64,000 nucleotides of DNA from a virus (Duplodnaviria; Caudoviricetes): the IMG/VR virus record IMGVR_UViG_3300032007_000079, positions 3,316 to 67,315 of that record, one strand, 5' to 3'. Positions within the stretch are counted from its first letter, which is position 1. Each line of letters begins with the position of its first letter. The position numbers and the translations under genes were made by a program. Below are positions 47,495 to 55,681 of this stretch, piece after piece. The notes beneath the pieces were generated by a model that was not told where the DNA came from, ran no database searches, and was given only the letters and a program-made list of their open reading frames with translations.

Positions 47495-47519
47495 GATGGA
47501 AGGGTATAACCCTTCCATC
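47495..47519 (+). terminator. Hairpin after terL
   Basis: 11-bp stem gatggaagggt/acccttccatc. Confidence 0.6.
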
Positions 47520-47576
47520 TTATATTGTATATAATGTATGACAATAGTTGTAATATTATTAAAGGAGGGTAACTCC

Positions 47577-48362
47577 ATGATTACAGATATATTAGAAGAT
47601 ATGGAAGTTGATAATGATGAGATTATCGAACTTCCTGAATTACAGTCGTTACATAGCGATCTGATCAATGAATCAATTAAGGAACAAATAATTGATCCTT
47701 TCGAGTCTAACGTCAATTTTGTAGATGAATACTTTTCAATTTTCGACCGTCAGATTGAAAATGCTGAAGAGAATCCAGACCTAAAGGAACAGCTTAATGC
47801 TGATGCTATCCAATTTTGTAAGGAAATCATCAATATGCTGGATGATAAATATGATCTGGATATCAACGATGAAGCTGTTGATGATATGAATGTGGAAGAG
47901 ATTAAGGATCTAACATATGCCTTATATGATTTCTTCGTTGTTCACTATGCTAAGAACCTAAAGAAGTGGTTCATCAAATATATCATTCGTAACATTGATA
48001 CTATTGATGAAGCACTATCTAGTCTACGCAATAAGAACGATGTAATGACTAATAGTATGAAATCCAAGCTAAATGATGAACGTGCTGCTGGTATTATTGC
48101 CAACCTTCGTACAGTTATCGAATATATAGATGATCTAGATCTTAAAGGCTTGGATGTATTAGCTTATTACAATCCAGATAGATATGAGATATACGTAATA
48201 ACAAATGCTATTCAGGATATGCTTATGGGCGAAAGCTTTGTAAGACGCTTCTTCAAACCGATAACTGGTGACTATGAAGATGACCATTTTACAGAGATCT
48301 TTGTATCTATAAAGTCCGGGTTGATTAAAAAGTTTAAGAAACTGGATAGCGTAGAGGAGTGA
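47577..48362 (+). CDS. Hypothetical acidic helical protein
   Basis: Start moved to ATG 47577 (RBS AAGGAGG). Confidence 0.8.
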   Translation: MITDILEDMEVDNDEIIELPELQSLHSDLINESIKEQIIDPFESNVNFVDEYFSIFDRQIENAEENPDLKEQLNADAIQFCKEIINMLDDKYDLDINDEAVDDMNVEEIKDLTYALYDFFVVHYAKNLKKWFIKYIIRNIDTIDEALSSLRNKNDVMTNSMKSKLNDERAAGIIANLRTVIEYIDDLDLKGLDVLAYYNPDRYEIYVITNAIQDMLMGESFVRRFFKPITGDYEDDHFTEIFVSIKSGLIKKFKKLDSVEE

Positions 48363-48369
48363 AACCATA

Positions 48370-49494
48370 ATGATGAAGGGTGTACCCAAGATTAAATTAT
48401 CTGACATCACTGATGCCAAGCTAAAAGGCATTAGGGATGGTTACAAGATATTTGATATTGAAACCAATAAATATTATGAGAAGGTAAACGGTAAGTTCCA
48501 AGAGATGGTAGAGGAAACTAAACCAACAGAGCCAGTAGTTGATCATGAAGCTACAAAGGATATGATCGACCAAATGGTTGCAGATGGTGATAAACTCCGT
48601 GCTGCTAACTTCTTGATGAACTTGAAGACCACTAAAAACCAATTGATTGGTCAGAAAGATATGGTTAATCAGAAGATCAACTTCATGTTTGCAGGTACCG
48701 CTGACCAAATAGATATAGTGCAAACCAGAGTATCTGAGGTAACTGAAGAAGCCATTAAGAAGGCATCGTTTGAAGAGTTACGCCAATTCTTTATCTTTGA
48801 TGATAATGAGGTAAAGCTGAACTATGATGAGATGCTTAGTGAAAAAGAGAAGCGCGATGCATATCGTGAATTTCTATTATACCTTAAATCTATCTCAGAT
48901 GCAGATGGTGAAATAAATAAGGAGATCGGTAAGATAGATGAACTAATAGACAGATTTGATCCTGATATGATTGAGAAGTCTAAGGATGTATATGAATGGG
49001 ATGAATATGTATATAACTTGTTTACAGAACGTCTATCAGATCCAACTATTGATGAGAAGGAAAGGGCACGCATACAGCGTATCATAGATGTACGTGAAAG
49101 TGCATGTACGTTAACACCTATCATTGAAGCCCTGAAGGATGATATATCCAACGGTAGGCGTAGTTCATTACTATATGCCTTCAATAACAGGTTTAATGAT
49201 ACCATTAAGAAAGCACAGCGATATGCCAATGAGAATGGGTTTAACATCTACTTCCAGATGTTTGATGATATTGAGAGTACTATAGGTATTCCCGGATGGA
49301 GTAATATCTTTATATACCTATTTGCCAGGTATATTAAGTTTAACAATGATAAATTTAGCAAGATTGACAATGCTTTTATAGCACAAGTTACACAGAATCT
49401 GATCATGCTTAAAAAGGGTCAATTAAAAGAACCTGCACGGTCTAAGTTTGTTGCTGGTGTCAAAGAGATAGTCAATATTCTATCTGAGACCTAA
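48370..49494 (+). CDS. Hypothetical helical protein
   Basis: 374-aa ORF, RBS GAGGAG. Confidence 0.82.
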   Translation: MMKGVPKIKLSDITDAKLKGIRDGYKIFDIETNKYYEKVNGKFQEMVEETKPTEPVVDHEATKDMIDQMVADGDKLRAANFLMNLKTTKNQLIGQKDMVNQKINFMFAGTADQIDIVQTRVSEVTEEAIKKASFEELRQFFIFDDNEVKLNYDEMLSEKEKRDAYREFLLYLKSISDADGEINKEIGKIDELIDRFDPDMIEKSKDVYEWDEYVYNLFTERLSDPTIDEKERARIQRIIDVRESACTLTPIIEALKDDISNGRRSSLLYAFNNRFNDTIKKAQRYANENGFNIYFQMFDDIESTIGIPGWSNIFIYLFARYIKFNNDKFSKIDNAFIAQVTQNLIMLKKGQLKEPARSKFVAGVKEIVNILSET

Positions 49495-49568
49495 TGACAT
49501 TGCACAGTTCCTTAACGCAGCTATTGTGTTGCGTTAAGGAACTTTCTACCCTATATGAGGTGAGATAT

Positions 49569-50315
49569 ATGAAATTTATAGACTCAAAGTACTTTAAAAT
49601 CGATGGTGATAATGTACTTTTTACAGGCCCATATATGGAAATGTATGTGCCTATGATATATTTTACAAAGGGGTGGGTTGAAGAGGTTGGTGATAATTAC
49701 CGCATCTTTGGTTTAGTTAATATACGAACCTTTAATGACCCTGAAGGTAAGAACCCTAACCCAATTCGTCTATTTAATCTACCAGTTAAATTCATGACAT
49801 ATCCATCAGGATATGAAGCTCGTAAGATGGATCTACATAGTTTGGAAGGCCCTGAACCTGTTGGTGTGCTTAAGTATTACACCAATGATATAGTATGTCC
49901 ATCATATATGGCTAAAGTAACAACCACATTTAAGGATTTTCTAGGGATATTGACAGGTGGTAAAGTACCACCATTTACATCATACGAAGAGATCATTAAC
50001 ATCTGGAAGAAGAACATGACTATTGCTGGTATTAACTTTGATATACCAGATAGTAGGTATGAGATAGTTATATCAAAGATATATAGATCTAAACGCAATC
50101 CTCAGAATACGTTTGGATCTGTACTGGCTAAAGATCCTAAACATGATCCAACAGACTATGTTACATTCTCACCGCGTGAGATAACCAGATACGACTCTGT
50201 ATTCACTGGTATGATTTTTGAAGATATGGATCAGATGATCACATCAGGTATTAATAGAACGGTTAAGAATAAGACTGAAAACAGGTCTCCTATGGAGGAT
50301 GTAATTAAGTTCTAA
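49569..50315 (+). CDS. Probable stand-alone C-terminal fragment of RNA polymerase beta' (virion RNAP fifth-subunit candidate)
   Basis: DSVFTGMIFEDMDQMITSGI...SPMEDVI aligns by eye with bacterial RpoC [20 protein letters not shown]...GLKENVI; start ATG 49569 (RBS GAGGTG). Confidence 0.55.
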   Translation: MKFIDSKYFKIDGDNVLFTGPYMEMYVPMIYFTKGWVEEVGDNYRIFGLVNIRTFNDPEGKNPNPIRLFNLPVKFMTYPSGYEARKMDLHSLEGPEPVGVLKYYTNDIVCPSYMAKVTTTFKDFLGILTGGKVPPFTSYEEIINIWKKNMTIAGINFDIPDSRYEIVISKIYRSKRNPQNTFGSVLAKDPKHDPTDYVTFSPREITRYDSVFTGMIFEDMDQMITSGINRTVKNKTENRSPMEDVIKF

Positions 50316-50343
50316 CCCCCAGAAAACCACGGTCTTACATCAA

Positions 50344-50355
50344 AACAATGTAGTA
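50344..50355 (+). promoter_or_regulatory. AR9-type late promoter motif upstream of sheath/tube
   Basis: AACA-atgtag-TA. Confidence 0.65.
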
Positions 50356-50430
50356 ACGAGAATGCGTTGAACTCATCTTATATACAATCCTTTCTGATGA
50401 ATCAACCTATTGAAAGAGAGGTATAGATAT

Positions 50431-53085
50431 ATGCCAAGAACAGGACAGATCATTCCGGAATGGCTCCATCCGCATGAAGCAGTCTATATTAACGATAACA
50501 CTCGTTATGAAGACATAGCGTTTCGGCAGACTGGTCCGGTCTTCCTGAATGTGTTCGCATCTAGTAAAGGTGTCGACAATAAGCTGCGCTACTTTGACTC
50601 TATCGTTGACTGGGTCAAAGAATATGGCTTACCTAACTTCCGTAAATACGGTCAGCCTGGTTATAACGCTTATGTGTCACTGAGTACTGGATTAGCTTGC
50701 TCTCAGTCCATGCGTGTAATGCCATTGGACGCTGCATATGCTAATATCACTGTACTGTGCCACTATCAGGTTAAAAATGGTAAGCTGCGTGTTAAATATA
50801 CTACGGCAGTTGTAGAAAATCTGGTGTCTTTGGACGATCTGGACGCATACGTTGAACGTATGGGTTCTTTAGTTCCTGACCTGGAAGGCTACAAAGTGCT
50901 GCCTATTATGAGCTTCTGGTCTCGTGGCCGTGGCTTGTATGGTAACAACTACCGTGTACGTATTTCCCGCGATAAGGGTGGGGATAAAGACAATAAGTAT
51001 GTAAACTATGCTGTTGAATTGCTGTCTACTGAAGATGGTATCTTGACCACCCTGGAAACCTATACTGTAAGCTTCTATATTGAAGCTATTGATCCAAACT
51101 CTTCACTGACCCTGTTTGTCAATGATATCATTGATGATGAGGAAGGTAAAGGGTCTAAACGTTTTAATGGCCAGGTTTACTATGACAACCTGGAAACAAT
51201 ATTTGCTGCATATGAAGAAGCATACAAGTCCGGCAACAGAGAAGATATGAACATCAAGACTGTTGACGCTCTTCCGGCTACTGAATATCCATCTAGCGAT
51301 GTTATCTTTGTATGTGATACAGAAGGCGCTGTAAAGGTATTTAATGAAGATCTGAAAGTCTTCGAATCTTACCTTGGCAATGGTCGCCTTGAAGAGGTTG
51401 AGGAAAAACCGGTTATCACTAACCTGTTTGCTGATCCTACTGCTAAATCATATCTGCTGAATACATTGTCTAAACACGTGTACCTCTTTGATGATGTTAC
51501 TCGTGAAGTAAGTTATCTGGCTAATGAATCCGATCAGCAGATGACTTATCATACTCTGTCTTCTCATGAAGATCCAACTGGCTTACGCCCTGGCGATCTG
51601 TACTTTGCTACTAGCAATAATAAGTACTATATTGCGACGGCTGTTAACTCAATGGTTGAAACCACGTTGGATGTTATTCCGTTTGACACTGATACTGCAA
51701 CTGACACTGCAATCAACGAATTGGTTGGCAAGAAGCTGGCTGAAGTTGGTGTTGTATACAAAGTGGAAGGTCAGTACTTTGTTGAAGCTGATGAAGCTGA
51801 CATTGCTTTCTCTAACATCACTGCTGATGTTGAGGAAGTTGATGAGTTCCCAGATGTTGATATCGTAGATCCTAACGTTGCATATTACCTGACTGCTGAT
51901 TGTGTCGTTGACGGTGTTCTGTATCCGGCTGGCACTTACTGGGTTTGGGTAAACAATGAATGGGCTCAGTATGATCCTGATGATGATATTGACCCGATGA
52001 TCTACACCATGGAAACATGGGATGTATTTGGTTATAACAAATTCACCCAGGATTGGGATGAATACTTTGACTATGACGGTGGTACTGAATCCATCGAAAT
52101 CATGTCTATTGAAGGTGTAGCTATGGATGATGGCCACGACGGTTCATTCTCCGCTAACGGCACTGTGCTGAATAAGCTGGATGATAATGGTAATCGTGTT
52201 GTGGTTACTGACGCTACCCGTGCTGAAGCGATGGAACGTGCTTATCTGATGGCCTTCCAGGGCGGTTATGATAAGACTATTGCTTCAAAACGTCGTGCAC
52301 CTGTTGATCTGATGCTTGACGCTTGCTACCCTGTAAATGTTAAGAAAGCTATGGCTGCTCTGGCATTAAACCGCTATGATGCTGCTTGCCATCTTGACTG
52401 CAACCTGATCAACAATGTTGATGACTTGGAAACCTTCTATACTCAGAGTCTGTCTGGTCTGAATGAACGTATCATTTCCTTTGATGCTCATATGTTTAAG
52501 ACCACTGACCCGATTACTGGTAAGATCATTCCTGTATCCATCACTTTGTGGTTAGCATCTAAATATCCTCAGCATTTTAATGTGTATGGCAATCAGACTC
52601 CATTGGCTGGCGAGGAATTCGCTTTGCTGTCTGGTTATCATCGCAACAGTATCAAACCTGTTATCGATGCTGATGATGAAGAGACCAAGGAACTGTTATA
52701 TGATAAGCTGCACATGAACTATGTTGAATGCATTGCTGAAAACACATTCATGCGTGGTACTCAGGAAACCTCACAGCTGTTCTGGTCTGACCTGAGTGAA
52801 GAAAATAACATGTTGGTATTGCTTGAGATTAAGCGTAAGATTGAACGTCTTGCTGCATCTCATAGATTCCATTGGGCTGAACCTGAAGATCTTGCAATGT
52901 TCCAGGAGGAATGTAATCAGATCTTTAGTGGATACCGTGGAACCAAGTGTAAGACCCTTAACATTATGGTTTCTGCTAATGCTTGGGAAACCATTCGTTA
53001 TATAACCCATATCTACATCGAAGTGGTATTCCGCACCTTCCAGAAGCGGGCTATCATTGAGATTGATGTTAACCCGAGAGCATAA
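50431..53085 (+). CDS. Tail sheath protein with a large central insertion
   Basis: High-expression codon bias, sheath-like C-terminus (EENNMLVLLEIKRKIE...IEVVFRTFQKRAIIEIDVN), directly upstream of the tube gene. Confidence 0.85.
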   Translation: MPRTGQIIPEWLHPHEAVYINDNTRYEDIAFRQTGPVFLNVFASSKGVDNKLRYFDSIVDWVKEYGLPNFRKYGQPGYNAYVSLSTGLACSQSMRVMPLDAAYANITVLCHYQVKNGKLRVKYTTAVVENLVSLDDLDAYVERMGSLVPDLEGYKVLPIMSFWSRGRGLYGNNYRVRISRDKGGDKDNKYVNYAVELLSTEDGILTTLETYTVSFYIEAIDPNSSLTLFVNDIIDDEEGKGSKRFNGQVYYDNLETIFAAYEEAYKSGNREDMNIKTVDALPATEYPSSDVIFVCDTEGAVKVFNEDLKVFESYLGNGRLEEVEEKPVITNLFADPTAKSYLLNTLSKHVYLFDDVTREVSYLANESDQQMTYHTLSSHEDPTGLRPGDLYFATSNNKYYIATAVNSMVETTLDVIPFDTDTATDTAINELVGKKLAEVGVVYKVEGQYFVEADEADIAFSNITADVEEVDEFPDVDIVDPNVAYYLTADCVVDGVLYPAGTYWVWVNNEWAQYDPDDDIDPMIYTMETWDVFGYNKFTQDWDEYFDYDGGTESIEIMSIEGVAMDDGHDGSFSANGTVLNKLDDNGNRVVVTDATRAEAMERAYLMAFQGGYDKTIASKRRAPVDLMLDACYPVNVKKAMAALALNRYDAACHLDCNLINNVDDLETFYTQSLSGLNERIISFDAHMFKTTDPITGKIIPVSITLWLASKYPQHFNVYGNQTPLAGEEFALLSGYHRNSIKPVIDADDEETKELLYDKLHMNYVECIAENTFMRGTQETSQLFWSDLSEENNMLVLLEIKRKIERLAASHRFHWAEPEDLAMFQEECNQIFSGYRGTKCKTLNIMVSANAWETIRYITHIYIEVVFRTFQKRAIIEIDVNPRA

Positions 53086-53102
53086 GGAAGGAGTAGAGTA
53101 TT

Positions 53103-53978
53103 ATGGCAGTTAGAACTATACAAGCTAACATTAAACGCAATACTAAAGACTTCTCCCAATACTCCATGTTTTTGGGTGGCGTCGACGTATCTGCTAAAAA
53201 TATTGACCAGTTCGATCCATTACGTACTGGTTATTCCCGTATTTTTATCGTGAAGCTGCCTTTCTTTATCCAGCAGATGTCATCTAAGAATAACATTCCG
53301 CCGGAACAGGCTATGCATACACGGTTTAAGCACTTTATCGAAATGGGCTTCATTGGTGTAACTGGTATCGGTAACACCACTATGGAATACGAAGCTGTAA
53401 CTGGCGGTTATGCTGGTAACAAATTCGACATCCCTAGTGTATGCCGTGACGAAACCGATGGTGTTACCATTCGTGTATATGAATTAACTGGATCCCCGAT
53501 CCGTGAAATGATTGATACCTGGATGACCGGTATCTCTGACCCTCTGACTGGTTTAGCACATTATCATGGCATGATTAGCGAAGAGTGCCCATATTGTGCA
53601 AAGAACCATATCATGGAAATGTTTTATGTTGTAACCGACCCGACTGGTGTAAATATTGAATACGCTTGCATGCTGTCCAATATGATGCCTAAGACGGTTG
53701 CTAAGCAGCACTTTGAATATGAACCAGGTTCTCATCCTGCAACTCAGCTGGATCTGGATTTCACTGCTACACGCTATGAATCCCCTCAGATCAATGAGAT
53801 TTCAGCTGCACTGCTTGAGAAATACGCTATTCTGCGTGATTATCTGGACTTCACTTCTGGGTATACTGCTAACGGTGGTAACATCGTTAATTATCAGAAT
53901 GAAAACGTGGCACAGACCATCGGTAGCTTCTATGGCCGTGGTGAATACAATGCCGCTGATACATTCAGAAATCAGTAA
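53103..53978 (+). CDS. Tail tube protein
   Basis: Follows the sheath gene; tube-like size; VYELTGSPIREMIDTW and MLSNMMPKTV...QLDLDF patterns. Confidence 0.78.
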   Translation: MAVRTIQANIKRNTKDFSQYSMFLGGVDVSAKNIDQFDPLRTGYSRIFIVKLPFFIQQMSSKNNIPPEQAMHTRFKHFIEMGFIGVTGIGNTTMEYEAVTGGYAGNKFDIPSVCRDETDGVTIRVYELTGSPIREMIDTWMTGISDPLTGLAHYHGMISEECPYCAKNHIMEMFYVVTDPTGVNIEYACMLSNMMPKTVAKQHFEYEPGSHPATQLDLDFTATRYESPQINEISAALLEKYAILRDYLDFTSGYTANGGNIVNYQNENVAQTIGSFYGRGEYNAADTFRNQ

Positions 53979-53985
53979 GTCTAAC

Positions 53986-54019
53986 AATAAGAGTAAGCCA
54001 TCATTGGCTTACTCTTATT
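53986..54019 (+). terminator. Terminator after the tube gene
   Basis: 15-bp perfect stem aataagagtaagcca/tggcttactcttatt. Confidence 0.8.
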
Positions 54020-54073
54020 TAATGTCATACATCTATATAACTCTACTATTGTAGAGGAGGTGTGTTTTATTAT

Positions 54074-54532
54074 ATGGAACTTGGTATCATAGAGATGTGG
54101 GTAATGGCTATCGTTGTTGGTCTGTTAGTTGTGTATTTAACCATAGACTCAAAGAGGATGGCTGAGACTCAAAATATAACAAAATTGCATGATGATGTAG
54201 ATGGACGTCGTGAATACATCGCTTCTGGTATTACAGATTATAATCACCCTGGTGCTAAAATACTTGTTATCCTTTACTCTTTATTCTGCCGTAAATGCGA
54301 ATCTACCAATATATTCGCTGAGATATCTGACGATAAAGACCATATCCAAGTAATTTGCCGTGACTGTGGGTACAATACAATGATACCATTGAAAAAGATG
54401 TTAATACATGAACCATTATCAGATGATGAGTATAATGAGGATGAAGAGAAGGCAGTAAAAGAGTACCTTCATAAGCTACATGAAAAGCATGAGGTTGACA
54501 TAGTTGAACCAGAAGAATCCCATAAGCATTAA
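54074..54532 (+). CDS. Membrane-anchored protein with a Zn ribbon (CRKC...CRDC)
   Basis: N-terminal hydrophobic helix, two CxxC motifs; RBS GAGGAGG. Confidence 0.75.
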   Translation: MELGIIEMWVMAIVVGLLVVYLTIDSKRMAETQNITKLHDDVDGRREYIASGITDYNHPGAKILVILYSLFCRKCESTNIFAEISDDKDHIQVICRDCGYNTMIPLKKMLIHEPLSDDEYNEDEEKAVKEYLHKLHEKHEVDIVEPEESHKH

Positions 54533-54547
54533 TATGCTTATGGGATT
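54516..54547. terminator. Bidirectional hairpin between convergent genes
   Basis: 14-bp stem aatcccataagcat/atgcttatgggatt. Confidence 0.7.
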
Positions 54548-54550
54548 ATA

Positions 54551-55537
54551 TTATGCAACCTCAATAACTTTATACACACGTCCAGAAAAATCAGTACATG
54601 TACCAGATTCATTATTGAATGTTAACTTACCCAACTGCTCATTGGTTGGTACAGGATAATCATCTATTGTGACTCCTTCACTGTCTATAGCGACAGCTCT
54701 GGTTTCACCAGTACTGAACGATTTTTCTATACATATCTTAGGTTTACGTGGCTCATACTCTATCATCTTATTACCATCATCTGACATATACTCATTTGAT
54801 TCAGCCTCTAACCGGCTATTAATGATATCATCATATGATGGACTGTTTTCAGAGTTTGGCGCAATGAAATCATCGATGGATGAGTTGTACTTGTTTGCTT
54901 CTGATATCACATTACCTCTGCCAAATTTGAATAGCTCATCAAATACCTTAGCACCAAACTGGTCAGCTGGCATACCAGCATCACTATTATCATCCTTCTG
55001 CAGTTTGATCTTTAGGTCATAGATGGCTTTCTTAACTGACGACAGTTCCTTTACTACTGCAAGTCTGTTGTTATTGGCGGAATTTAGGGCGATAAGAAGA
55101 TCAGCAAGTAGCTTACTTGATCCACGAGCCTTAGATGTGAGTAGTGGTTTTAATACATCCATTATAGTCTTTGATGTGTTCTCATTATCCTTAAGGATAC
55201 GCTGTAAATTGGCTAGCTCTGGTTTGAACTTTGCCTCTACATTTTTAAACTTCTTAGCAGCTGATGATTTATCATCAGCATCAAAGAGATCACCATCGGC
55301 TTTATGCTTACCCTTTTTCTTTATCTTTAGATCGGTGACGAATGCCATATCATCATCACCGCTGTAGCTGTAATCATCAAGCATACCGTCTATCTCTTTG
55401 AATAGTTTGTTCTTCCTACGCTTCTTCTGTTTAGCTTGAGCATGTTTAAACAACCCAAGGTCATCACCAGCTTCTGGTGTATCGTCCATAGCTTGTAATG
55501 ATAACAGATCGGATTCTAAATCGGACATTATACTCAC
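54551..55537 (-). CDS. Hypothetical protein with a central coiled coil, late promoter motif upstream
   Basis: 328-aa ORF, RBS GGAGGTG, AACA-tatggc-TA at 55561-55550. Confidence 0.82.
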   Translation of the reverse strand: MSIMSDLESDLLSLQAMDDTPEAGDDLGLFKHAQAKQKKRRKNKLFKEIDGMLDDYSYSGDDDMAFVTDLKIKKKGKHKADGDLFDADDKSSAAKKFKNVEAKFKPELANLQRILKDNENTSKTIMDVLKPLLTSKARGSSKLLADLLIALNSANNNRLAVVKELSSVKKAIYDLKIKLQKDDNSDAGMPADQFGAKVFDELFKFGRGNVISEANKYNSSIDDFIAPNSENSPSYDDIINSRLEAESNEYMSDDGNKMIEYEPRKPKICIEKSFSTGETRAVAIDSEGVTIDDYPVPTNEQLGKLTFNNESGTCTDFSGRVYKVIEVA

Positions 55538-55681
55538 CTCCTAAAAGGTTAGCCATATGTTCAATAAATCAATATCGTATTAGAGGTATATATAATACAG
55601 ATGCATGTAGTCAATTATATTGCAATTAACAATACCCTACATGTATTTTAGTGTGTAAGTCAAATCAATACACGGAGGTTT

